Of a stretch of DNA of 64,000 nt, positions 10,783 to 19,961 are shown piece after piece. Each line of letters begins with the position of its first letter. Positions within the stretch are counted from its first letter, which is position 1. Below the pieces are notes generated by a model. The model searched no databases. It was not told where the DNA came from and was given only the letters and a program-made list of their open reading frames with translations. The DNA lies in the NCBI GenBank assembly GCA_963782055.1, contig CAWAIF010000003.1, positions 2,432,001-2,496,000 of the forward strand, given 5' to 3'. A program made the position numbers and the translations under genes. Source of the stretch: an uncultured delta proteobacterium. Its GTDB lineage: Bacteria > Myxococcota_A > Polyangia > Polyangiales > Polyangiaceae.

Positions 10783-12267
10783 ATGCGCCGCCTCGGGGGG
10801 CTCGCCTTCGCCGTCGGGTTGGGTGTCGCCTGCGTCGCCGGCTGCGGCGACGGCTCCTCGGCGACCCTCGACGGGGGCACGGATGGGGGGACGGACGGCG
10901 GGGGAGACGTGACGGTGGACGCGCCCGCGGACGCGCCGCCGGGGTGCGATCCGAAGGTGCAGAACTGCATCGACGACGCGAAGGGCATCTTCGTGGACAG
11001 CGCGGGCAGCGACGCGGCGGCGGGGACGCGGGGCGCGCCCGTGGCGACGATCGGCAAGGCGCTGGAGCTGGCGAAGGCGCAGTCGAGGCCGGACGTGTAC
11101 GTGTGCGCGGGCAGCTATCCGGAGCAGGTGGACATCGGGAGCCCGGTGGCGCTGCTTGGCGGCTTCGCGTGCGGCGACTGGACGTACGATCCCAAGAACG
11201 ACGCGACGGTCGGGCCGCCGAGCGGCCTGGCGCTGCACGTGCACGGCACGAGCGCGCAGGTGAGCGATCTGAAGATGGTCTCTGCGGACGGGACGAAACC
11301 CGGCGAGTCGAGCGTGGCGGTGCTGGTGGAGTCGAGCACGGTGAGCTTGCTGCGCGCGAGCTTGACCGCCGGCAAGGGCGTGGCGGGCGCGGCAGGGAAG
11401 GCGGGGAGCAACTACACGGCGGTGGCGCAGACCGATCCGAGCATCAAGGGCAAGGACGCGACCGGCACGACGGGCGGAGGCCTGCACGCGTGCACGCTGT
11501 GCACCGACGGCAAGAACTCCAAGGGCGGCTCGGGCGGAACCGGTGGTGACACTCCCGGCGACGGCACCGACGGCACCCCCAACCTGGGCGGCACCTTCCC
11601 GACGGACGGCAAGGGCGGCGCGAAGGATACGGGCCTGAGCTGCAAGAACGGCGACAAGGGCGCGAGCGGCGGGACGGGCCCCGCCGCCCCGGCGGGCACG
11701 GCGCTCGGCACGCTGGACGCGACCGGCTGGACGCCCGCGTCGGGCGCGGCGGGCACCAACGGCGGCGTGGCGCAAGGCGGCGGTGGAGGCGGCGGAGGCA
11801 TCGACGGCACCAACACGACCGGCGGCGGCGGCGGAGGCGGCTGTGGCGGTTGCGGAGGAGGTGCGGGTGGAGGCGGCATGGGCGGCGGAGCGAGCGTGGC
11901 GCTGGCGGTGGTCTCGTCGACGGTGACGCTGACGTCGAGCGAGCTCCACGCGACGGCGGCCGGCGCAGGCGGCGCAGGCGCCGCGGGCCAGGGCGGGGAG
12001 CTCGGAGGAGCAAGCGGGGCGGCAGCGGCGCTAGGCTGCCTTGGCGGCACCGGCGGCACGGGTGGCACCGGCGGCGCCGGCGCGGGGGGCGCGGGCGGCC
12101 TCTCCGTCGGCGTGCTCTGGAAGGGTACCGCGGCGCCGACGCTTGATGCGTCAACGACCAGCGCCATCACCTTCGCCCAGCAGGGCGGCGCGAAGGGCAC
12201 CGGCGGCGTCCCCGGCACCAACGACGGCACGCCCGGCGTCGCGCAGGCCGTGCTGGAGGTGAAGTAG
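10783..12267 (+). CDS. Gly-rich (PGRS-like) lipoprotein, copy 2
   Basis: Near-identical to copy 1 from DGGTDGG onward; different signal peptide (VAGC lipobox). Confidence 0.88.
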   Translation: MRRLGGLAFAVGLGVACVAGCGDGSSATLDGGTDGGTDGGGDVTVDAPADAPPGCDPKVQNCIDDAKGIFVDSAGSDAAAGTRGAPVATIGKALELAKAQSRPDVYVCAGSYPEQVDIGSPVALLGGFACGDWTYDPKNDATVGPPSGLALHVHGTSAQVSDLKMVSADGTKPGESSVAVLVESSTVSLLRASLTAGKGVAGAAGKAGSNYTAVAQTDPSIKGKDATGTTGGGLHACTLCTDGKNSKGGSGGTGGDTPGDGTDGTPNLGGTFPTDGKGGAKDTGLSCKNGDKGASGGTGPAAPAGTALGTLDATGWTPASGAAGTNGGVAQGGGGGGGGIDGTNTTGGGGGGGCGGCGGGAGGGGMGGGASVALAVVSSTVTLTSSELHATAAGAGGAGAAGQGGELGGASGAAAALGCLGGTGGTGGTGGAGAGGAGGLSVGVLWKGTAAPTLDASTTSAITFAQQGGAKGTGGVPGTNDGTPGVAQAVLEVK

Positions 12268-12270
12268 CTC

Positions 12271-12347
12271 ATGCGCCGCCTCGGGGGGATCGCCTTCGCC
12301 GTCGGGTTGGGTGTCGCCTGCGTCGCCGGCTGCGGCGAGGGCTCTCG
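12271..12347 (+). pseudogene. Truncated third copy (signal peptide only) of the Gly-rich lipoprotein
   Basis: MRRLGGIAFAVGLGVACVAGCGEGS matches the copy-2 N-terminus, then homology ends. Confidence 0.8.
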
Positions 12348-12419
12348 TACTGCTGGACGCGCTCCGGCGGCCTCGCCGCGATGTCCCGTTGCCGCTGCTC
12401 GACTGTCTGACCTACTCGA

Positions 12420-13013
12420 TCAGAGATCGCCCGGGTCGTCGCCGAGCAGGGCATCCAGCGACAGCTCGAGCTCCGCGAACGGCTCCGCGCGGACCGTCTC
12501 GCCACGCTCGGCCACGAGCGCGACCACGTAACCCTCCGGCGACCAGCGGTGGACGGTCAGCGTCCCCGCGACGGGATCCACGATCCAGTAATGCGGCACC
12601 GCGGCCCGCTGGTAGATGCGAAGCTTCCGCACCGTGTCCTCGTTGGCGTTCGACGGCGACAGGATCTCGCACACCCAGTCGGGGCGAACCCGGACCGGGA
12701 AGCCCGACGGGCGCTCCGGAACCCGGTCGCGACGCCAGGCCGCGATGTCGGGGCGCACCAGCTGATCGGCCGCGAGGACGATCTCGACCTCGGTCGCGAT
12801 CCACCAGCCGCCCGGTCCGCCGCGACCGGGCGGCCGCTGAAACGGGCCCTTGAGCGAGCTGACCACGCCGGACTGCGCGTCGCCGTGCTCGAAGCTCGGC
12901 GTGGCCTTGCGCACCAGCTCGCCGTCCAGGATCTCGTGGAAGCGCTCGGCCTCGGGGATCGCGAGCAGGTCCTCCAGGGAGAGCTTGCGGTGGGCCGGAT
13001 CCGCGGGGGACAC
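12420..13013 (-). CDS. Uma2/DUF820 family endonuclease (copy A)
   Basis: HEILDGELV, VRPDIAAWRR, PDWVCEILSPSN, KLRIYQRAAVPHYWIVDP. Confidence 0.92.
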   Translation of the reverse strand: MSPADPAHRKLSLEDLLAIPEAERFHEILDGELVRKATPSFEHGDAQSGVVSSLKGPFQRPPGRGGPGGWWIATEVEIVLAADQLVRPDIAAWRRDRVPERPSGFPVRVRPDWVCEILSPSNANEDTVRKLRIYQRAAVPHYWIVDPVAGTLTVHRWSPEGYVVALVAERGETVRAEPFAELELSLDALLGDDPGDL

Positions 13014-13139
13014 GCGCGGATCATGCGGGATGGATCGACGCGTGTCGAGGCGCCCGGTGCGGCCACGGCGCCCCGCGATGGCGGGCTCGCGGACGTGGTG
13101 TGGGATCTCACCTCGGTTCGGACCGGGCGATGGCGATCG

Positions 13140-13830
13140 TCAGGGCGCGTCGCGCCCGCAGCACCGCTTGAACTTCTTCCCCGAGCCGCACGGACAGGGC
13201 GCGTTCCGCCCGATCTTGGCGGGCGTGCCCGGTTCGGGCTCCGCGGCGAAGTGCGCGCCGATCTCCTTGATGGTGCCGTAGCGCAGCGCAAAGCGCGCGA
13301 GGTATCTCGGGTGCCGCTTCCGGAACGCGCTCCACAGGCGCTCGAGGCGCTCGCGGCCGCGCTTGGTCGGCTCGAGCTTCGTCGCGCCGGATCGCAGGAG
13401 CGTCAGGCCGCGCCCCGCGGCGCGGGCGTCTCGAAGTCGACGACGACCTCACCGCAAGCGCAGTCGGGCACGGGGCAGTGAAGCTCCGAGGCCTCGAAGA
13501 TCCGATCGTCGAGCACATAGAGGTCCTGGCGAAGGCCGACCATCAGGTCGTTCCACGCGATCAGGTCGCCGGTCTGCCACCCGCGGACGATCACGTTCGT
13601 CGCGTCGAGCCTGCTGCTCCGGGTCCGCGCGGCCCTTGCCGCGGTACCAGAGCCGGCCGATCGCGTCGAGCACCTCGCCGTCGATCCGTTCGACGACAGC
13701 GCGGGCGCCCGGGTTCGCCGCGAGGTCGAGCAGCTTGTCGCGCTCCGCCGCGGAGACCTCGACCGTGTCGATGTCGAGCTCGAACACCTCGACGCCCTTC
13801 GCCTTCGAGACCACCTGGGCGCGGTCGAGG
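13140..13830 (-). pseudogene. Frameshifted SEC-C motif protein
   Basis: Three consecutive frames: VSKAKGVEVFELD..., ...[16 protein letters not shown]..., and C-terminal [25 protein letters not shown] (stop 13140-13142); 5' boundary approximate. Confidence 0.7.
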
Positions 13831-13951
13831 CCGGCGGCCCACGCCTCTCGGACGCCGCGGCGCCGGGGTCGTCACACGACCGTCACTGACCGCCCCAGAG
13901 TGACGAGTCCTTGCCTGGCGCAAAGGAAGCGTTCCACAATGGACACTGGAC

Positions 13952-15290
13952 ATGGAGCTTTCCAAGATCGCCAAACGACAGACCTGGCGGCGTGTGCTCG
14001 CGGTCGTCGCCATCCTCGGCGCGGGGGCCGTGTCCGCGTGCGGCCTCAGTGGGCTCGGCACCGAGCCCGTGGCGCAGGACGCCGGGCTCTGCACCGGTTC
14101 GCAGATCCTCTGCGGCGGCGACTGCACCGACACCGCGCGCGATCACGACAACTGCGGGGCGTGCGGGACGGCGTGCGGACCGGGCCAGCTCTGCTCGCAG
14201 GCCAAGTGCGCGACGAGTTGCGGCGGCGGCACCGTCCAGTGCGGCGACCTGTGCATCGAGACCAAGACCGACCCCGACAACTGCGGCGCGTGCGGCAAGG
14301 TCTGCCCGACGGGCACCGTCTGCCTGAGCGGCGCGTGCGCCACCCCCTGCGGCCCCGGTCAGCTCCGCTGCCTGCCCGATGGCGGCCAGCCTTACTGCGC
14401 CACCACCAGCACCGACTCGGCCAACTGCGGCGCCTGCGGCGTCGCCTGCGGCAACGGCACCGTCTGCTCCGGCGGCGCGTGCGGCACGTCCTGCGGCGGC
14501 GGCACGACCCTCTGCACGCCGGACGGCGGCGCCCCCTACTGCGCCGACACCAAGACCGACTCGGCGAACTGCGGCGGGTGCTTCAAGCCCTGTCCCGCCC
14601 AGCAGAATCTGCTCGAGCAGCAAGTGCACCAGCGCCTGCGGCCAGGGCCAGACCTACTGCCCGAACGGCGGCAACCCGTACTGCGCGGACACCAAGACGG
14701 ACAACGCCAACTGCGGCACCTGCGGGAAGACGTGCGGCAACCTCCAGGCGTGCGTGAACAGCGCGTGCAGCAACCAGTGCGGCCAGGGGCAGACCTTCTG
14801 CCCGAACGGCGGCAACCCCTACTGCGCGGACACCAAGACGGACAACGCCAACTGCGGCATCTGCGGGAAGACGTGCGGCAAGCTGGAGGCGTGCGTCAAT
14901 GGCACCTGCACCACCCAGTGCGGCCAGGGCCAGATGCTCTGCCCCAACAACGGCAACCCCTACTGCGCCACCACCGACACCGACAACGCCAACTGCGGCG
15001 CGTGCGGCACGGTGTGCACCTCGCCGCTCGTCTGCTCCGGCGGGACGTGCCAGAACAACTGCGTCCAGGGTCAGATGTACTGCGAGCCGGACGGCGGCAC
15101 CCCCTACTGCGCCAACACCACCTCCGACAACGACAACTGCGGGAGCTGCGGCGCCGCGTGCGGGAGCGGCACCCCGACGTGCTGCTCCAGCGCGTGCGTG
15201 GACGTGCAGACCGACGCGAACAACTGCGGCTTCTGCGGGAACAAGTGCGGCGGCGGCACCCCGCTGTGCGTGGCCGGTCTGTGCACGTAG
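13952..15290 (+). CDS. Cys-rich repeat lipoprotein (MXAN_6577-like/Stigma1-like repeats) with a +1 frameshift at ~14606
   Basis: VSAC lipobox; repeated ~47-aa C..DT.TD..NCG.CG..C units; removing one A in CAGAATCTGC restores CAG ATC TGC and joins ORFs 13952 and 14379. Confidence 0.85.
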
Positions 15291-15314
15291 CTGCGCCGCG
15301 GGTATCCTGACCTC

Positions 15315-15905
15315 ATGTCCGTGCCGGCCCGGAAGCTCGCGACGGTCGCCGACCTTCTGGCGATCCCCGCGGACGAGCGCTTTCACGAGCTCGTCGACGG
15401 GGAGCTCGTCCGCAAGGCGATGCCGTCGCCGAAGCACGGCGGGGCGCAGGCCTCCCTCGCGGCGATCCTCTTCCGGGCGTACAACCGGCGTCCGGGCGGG
15501 AGATGGCCCGGCGGGTGGTGGTTCGCCACCGAGGTCGAGGTCCAGCTCTCCGAGCACGATCTCTTCCGTCCCGATGTCGCCGGCTGGAGGCGGGAGCGCC
15601 TTCCGGAGCTGCCCGACCAGCTGCCCATCCTCACGCTCCCGGACTGGGTCTGCGAGATCCTGAGCCCATCCAACACGCGCCAGGATCTCGTCAAGAAGTT
15701 CCGCGCCTACCATCGCTGCCGTGTCCCGCACTACTGGACCGTCGACCCCGCGAACGAGATCCTCACGGTGCACCGCTGGTCGGCGGATGGGTATCTCACC
15801 GTGCTCACCGCCGAGCGAGGCGAGCGCGTGCGAGCCGAGCCGTTCGAGGCGGTGGAGTGGTCGGTGGGTTCCCTGTTCGGTGACGACCCGGACGACGAAC
15901 CCTGA
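15315..15905 (+). CDS. Uma2/DUF820 family endonuclease (copy B)
   Basis: HELVDGELV, RPDVAGWRR, PDWVCEILSPSN, VPHYWTVDP; close paralog of copy A. Confidence 0.92.
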   Translation: MSVPARKLATVADLLAIPADERFHELVDGELVRKAMPSPKHGGAQASLAAILFRAYNRRPGGRWPGGWWFATEVEVQLSEHDLFRPDVAGWRRERLPELPDQLPILTLPDWVCEILSPSNTRQDLVKKFRAYHRCRVPHYWTVDPANEILTVHRWSADGYLTVLTAERGERVRAEPFEAVEWSVGSLFGDDPDDEP

Positions 15906-16094
15906 GACGCCAGGGGCCCGGGGCCGCCCGCCTCGGCCGGGCCATCTCCCCCGGGCTTCGGCTTCTCCCCGACATGTGCTAATCCCTCGCCCCGAAGGAC
16001 AATGCATCGCCTTCCCTCGGCCTGCGGCCTCGGTCGTCGTCGTTCGTCGGCCGAGCCTCCGGCTCGGACTCGAATTCTCGCCAGGAGAGACGGA

Positions 16095-17576
16095 ATGAGA
16101 CTGCTTCACCGCTTCCTCGCCGCGGTCGCCGTGGCCGGGCTCATGATGGGTTGCGTCGGCGGGTCCAAGGGCCTGAGCGCCGAGGACAAGGCCCGCCTCA
16201 AGCCGTACATCCTGGACGCCGCGCCCGCGAGCATCCCCCACAAGCTCGACATCAACTACGAGAACAAGCTCCACATCATCGGCTACAAGGTCGACCCGGA
16301 GGTCGCCCGCCCCGGCACCGAGGTCAAGCTCACCTACTACTGGCGCTGCGACGACACCCTCGACGACGGCTGGGCGCTCTTCACCCACGTCCACGACGAC
16401 GTGGCGGACAAGAGCGACAACCTGGACAACATCGGCCCCCTGCGCGAGCGCAAGGACGACAAGCCGGTCCTCGGCCCCTCCCGCTGGGAGCGCGGCAAGT
16501 TCTACGTCGACGAGCAGACCTACAAGGTCCCCGACTGGGTCAAGGGCCCGGAGCTCACCTTCATGGTCGGCGTGTGGAAGGGCAACGCCCGCCTCCACAT
16601 CGTCAGCGGCCCCAACGACGGGGACAACCGCGGCATCGTCGTCAAGCTCAAGACAGGGCTGCAGCCCCCCGCGCCGCCGAAGCCGATGCACACCGAGATC
16701 CCGGAGGTGACCGTCGGCAAGCTCGCGGCGAACGACAAGATCACCATCGACGGCAAGGCGGACGAGAAGGCGTGGGGGGGTGCGCCGGTCCTCGGCCCTT
16801 TCGTTGATGTGGGGACCGGTGGCCCGGCCACCGCGCTCCCCGTCCAGGGCAAGGTTCGCCTGCTCTGGGACGACAAGAACCTCTACGCCTTCTTCGAGGT
16901 GCGGGAGAACCACGTCGTCGGCGGCTTCGACGCGAAGAACAAGAAGACGGACTACACCGTCGCGGGACAGCCCAAGCTCTGGACGAAGGACACCGTCGAG
17001 ATGATGGCGGACCCCGACGGCGACGGCGACAACAAGGACTACTACGAGCTGCAGATCAGCCCGCAGAACAAGGTCTTCCACTCGCAGTACGACGACTACA
17101 ACAAGCCCAAGACGGAGCCCAACGGCCCCTTCGGCCACGAGGACTGGAACCCCCACCTCAAGAGCGCGGTCGTCGTCCACGGCAAGATCGACAACGCGGG
17201 CGACGCGGGCCCCGACTCCGCCACCACCGGCTACGACGTCGAGGTCGCCATCCCCTGGGCCGCCTACAGCAAGGCGAAGAACCATCCGCCCAAGGAGGGG
17301 GACACCTGGCGGATGAACTTCTACGCCATGAAGAACAACGGCGGCTCCGGCTGGTCGGCGCTCCTCGGCCAGGGCAACTTCCACAAGGCCGCGCGCTTCG
17401 GGAAGGTCCACTGGGGCACCAGCGGGGCCTCGGCGGTCAGCACCGCCACGGGCGGCCACATCACCGACGGGGGCATCCCCGGCGTGCCCCACCCCCACCC
17501 GGGCGTGCACCTCCTCTTCGACGGCGGCCCCCGCATGCACGTCGCCACCCCGATCCCGGGCGCGCTGCGGCCCTGA
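16095..17576 (+). CDS. Lipoprotein with carbohydrate-binding family 9-like (DOMON-type) domain
   Basis: AGGAGA RBS, MMGC lipobox, IDGKADEKAW, LLWDDKNLY, D.VE...DPDGDG..YYELQISP, EVAIPW, WRMNFY. Confidence 0.8.
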   Translation: MRLLHRFLAAVAVAGLMMGCVGGSKGLSAEDKARLKPYILDAAPASIPHKLDINYENKLHIIGYKVDPEVARPGTEVKLTYYWRCDDTLDDGWALFTHVHDDVADKSDNLDNIGPLRERKDDKPVLGPSRWERGKFYVDEQTYKVPDWVKGPELTFMVGVWKGNARLHIVSGPNDGDNRGIVVKLKTGLQPPAPPKPMHTEIPEVTVGKLAANDKITIDGKADEKAWGGAPVLGPFVDVGTGGPATALPVQGKVRLLWDDKNLYAFFEVRENHVVGGFDAKNKKTDYTVAGQPKLWTKDTVEMMADPDGDGDNKDYYELQISPQNKVFHSQYDDYNKPKTEPNGPFGHEDWNPHLKSAVVVHGKIDNAGDAGPDSATTGYDVEVAIPWAAYSKAKNHPPKEGDTWRMNFYAMKNNGGSGWSALLGQGNFHKAARFGKVHWGTSGASAVSTATGGHITDGGIPGVPHPHPGVHLLFDGGPRMHVATPIPGALRP

Positions 17577-17633
17577 GGAACCCGCCTACGCCACAAATTC
17601 GCTCCCTTCCCGCCTGCGGCATACGATGGCCTC

Positions 17634-18734
17634 ATGCGAGCATCTTCATGCTGCGCCGTCGCCCTGGCGCTCGTGGCGGTATCGGCGAACGTCTGGGCGC
17701 AGCGCCCGAAGCGGCCGCCCGCGGGGAAGAGGGGCGACGCCAGCGCTCCCTTCATCCTGACGCGTGAGAGCTCGCGCAGCGCCGCCGGCCAGGCGGCCCG
17801 TGTCCGCGCAGCCGCCGGTGACTGCAAGGCGGCGCTCGACCTCTTCGACGAGGCCCTCCGCCACTCCATCGACCCCACCCTCCGGCGCGACCGGGGCGAG
17901 TGTCACGAGAAGCTCGGCGACGTCTACCCCGCCATCGACGACTACCGCGCCTACCTCACCGCCTCGCCGGACGCCCCCGACGCCGACGCCATCCGCGATC
18001 GGCTGAACGCCCTGCTGGCCGACCACCCCCAGGACATCACCAAGGCGGGCGGTGGCGGCGACTACGAGAGCGAGATGCGCGGCGGCGGCGGCGCGCTCAC
18101 CGCGGAGGCGAAGCAGCACCGCGAGGAGACGAAGGAGCAGCCGGAGAACAAGAAGCTCGTCGCCCAGGACAAGGGCAAGCCCCTCACGGTCCTGGAGTCG
18201 GACGAGAAGCACGACCGCGAGGCGCGCGAGAGCGGCCTGCGCAACGGCAAGGGCTTCATCATCGGCGCGTACCTCTACCCGCGCTACTTCCTCAGCGACT
18301 ACAACTTCCGCTTCGGCCAGGGCGTCGGCCTCGCGCTCCGCTACGCCTTCAGCGGCTCGAGCACCGTGTACGGCGAGGTCGGCTACATGAAGCAGCTCGG
18401 CCCGGGCACCGCGTCGGCGGCGGACGGCCTCACCCTCCTCGTCGGCTACGAGGTGCGCGTCCCCCTCGACCGCTGGGCGGACAACCAGCTCTTCTTCGGC
18501 GTGGGCGGCGGCTACGAGGACTCCAAGAACGGCACCATCGGCCAGGTCTACCGGAGCGTGACGGGTCGTGCGCGAGGCGGCTACCGGCACGTGTTCGGCC
18601 CGACGGTGGCGCTGGAGTTCCTGGCGGACGGGGGGCTGGCGTACACCTTCGCGGTGGACGCCCCCGCGAACTCCACGCAGTCGTCGCTCGGGGGGATGAT
18701 CGGGGGGCAGGTCGGCCTGGTGGTGGGGTTCTGA
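17634..18734 (+). CDS. Secreted TPR protein with beta-strand-rich C-terminus
   Basis: Signal peptide, RGECHEKLG...AIDDYRAYL TPR, alternating beta-strands ending in F. Confidence 0.75.
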   Translation: MRASSCCAVALALVAVSANVWAQRPKRPPAGKRGDASAPFILTRESSRSAAGQAARVRAAAGDCKAALDLFDEALRHSIDPTLRRDRGECHEKLGDVYPAIDDYRAYLTASPDAPDADAIRDRLNALLADHPQDITKAGGGGDYESEMRGGGGALTAEAKQHREETKEQPENKKLVAQDKGKPLTVLESDEKHDREARESGLRNGKGFIIGAYLYPRYFLSDYNFRFGQGVGLALRYAFSGSSTVYGEVGYMKQLGPGTASAADGLTLLVGYEVRVPLDRWADNQLFFGVGGGYEDSKNGTIGQVYRSVTGRARGGYRHVFGPTVALEFLADGGLAYTFAVDAPANSTQSSLGGMIGGQVGLVVGF

Positions 18735-18752
18735 GAGCCGAGAACCACCCTC

Positions 18753-18781
18753 TTGAACCATGCAATGCATTGGTTTAGATT
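18753..18781 (+). promoter_or_regulatory. Sigma70-like promoter with overlapping near-palindrome
   Basis: TTGAAC (18753-58), 17 bp, TAGATT (18776-81); AACCATGCAATGCATTGGTT imperfect inverted repeat; AT-rich in a GC-rich background. Confidence 0.55.
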
Positions 18782-18791
18782 ATCATGACAA

Positions 18792-19946
18792 ATGAATGTG
18801 TTCTTTCAGCGGTCGCTCCGGCTGCCGTCGCCCGGCGAGGAGACGTTCTTCCTCTGGGGCCCGCGTCAGACCGGCAAGAGCACGCTGCTGCGCGAGACCT
18901 ACCCACACGCCATGTGGGTGGACCTGCTGAAGGCGGATGAGTACAGGCGCTACCTCGAACGCCCGGAGCTCCTGAGAGAGGAGCTCGCGGCGCAGAGCAC
19001 GGCGCAGATCGTCATCGACGAGGTGCAGAAGGTGCCCGCCCTCCTCGACGAGGTCCACTGGCTCCACGAGAACCGCAAGGCCCAGTTCGCGCTGTGCGGC
19101 TCCAGCGCGCGCAAGGTACGGCGCGGGGCCGCCAACCTGCTCGGCGGCCGGGCGGTGCGCTATGAGCTGCTGGGCCTCACCGCTGGGGAGATGGGCGGGG
19201 ACTTCGACCTGGACCGCATGCTGCGCCATGGCTACCTCCCGCGGGTCTACGAGTCGGAGAGACCGGCGCCGCTGCTCGCCGCGTACGTCGGCGACTACCT
19301 GCGCGAAGAGATCGCGGCGGAGGGCCTGGTGCGCAACCTGCCGGTGTTCTCCCGCTTCCTCGATGCGGCGGCGCTCTCCGACGGCGACCTGGTCAACTTC
19401 TCCAACATCGCGCGTGACTGCGGGGTCTCCGGCCCGACGGTGAAGGGCTACTTCGAGATCCTGGAGGACACGCTCATCGGCACATGGCTTTCGGCGTACA
19501 CGAAGCGACCGAAGCGGCGCGTCATCCTGGCGCCCAAGTTCTACTTCGCGGACGTGGGGATCGTGAACCGGCTGGCGAAGCGGGGGCGGGTAGAGCGTGG
19601 TGGCGAGCTCTACGGCAAGGCCTTCGAGAACTGGGTCTTTCACGAGCTGCGGGCGCGCCGCGCCTACTTCGAGCCCGACGTGGAGCTCTCCTACTGGCGG
19701 CTCGCCAGCGGGATCGAGGTGGACTTCGTCGTGGACGACATGCGCGTGGCCATCGAGGCGAAGGCGAGCGGCAGGATCACCAGCGACCACCTCGGCGGTC
19801 TGCGGCAGCTCGTGGTGGACCATCCTCGCGTGAGGCGCAGAGTGGTGGTGTGCCTGGAGCCCCGCCGCCGGCGGACGCCGGACGGGATCGACATCCTTCC
19901 GGTGGCCGCATTCCTGGACGAGCTCGCGGCCGGGCGCCTGGTATAG
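18792..19946 (+). CDS. AAA_14 ATPase with DUF4143 and C-terminal PD-(D/E)xK-like domain
   Basis: GPRQTGKST, IDEVQKVP, GSSA, PKFYFADVG, FENWV, YWR...EVDFVV...IEAK. Confidence 0.9.
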   Translation: MNVFFQRSLRLPSPGEETFFLWGPRQTGKSTLLRETYPHAMWVDLLKADEYRRYLERPELLREELAAQSTAQIVIDEVQKVPALLDEVHWLHENRKAQFALCGSSARKVRRGAANLLGGRAVRYELLGLTAGEMGGDFDLDRMLRHGYLPRVYESERPAPLLAAYVGDYLREEIAAEGLVRNLPVFSRFLDAAALSDGDLVNFSNIARDCGVSGPTVKGYFEILEDTLIGTWLSAYTKRPKRRVILAPKFYFADVGIVNRLAKRGRVERGGELYGKAFENWVFHELRARRAYFEPDVELSYWRLASGIEVDFVVDDMRVAIEAKASGRITSDHLGGLRQLVVDHPRVRRRVVVCLEPRRRRTPDGIDILPVAAFLDELAAGRLV

Positions 19947-19961
19947 CCCTGCCTGGCCGGG

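Larger units (their letters stand above)
9381..12347. repeat. 1488-bp tandem duplication (9381-10868 vs 10869-~12347)
   Basis: Constant 1488 offset (9381/10869; ATG 10783/12271); mostly synonymous SNPs plus two divergent patches. Confidence 0.92.

Noticed and set aside
9381..12347. DGR template/variable repeat pair
   Set aside because: Differences are not restricted to adenines, both copies are full genes, and no RT is in the window
14640..14925. 141-bp direct repeats as a mobile or array feature
   Set aside because: They are 47-aa Cys-rich domain repeats inside the lipoprotein gene
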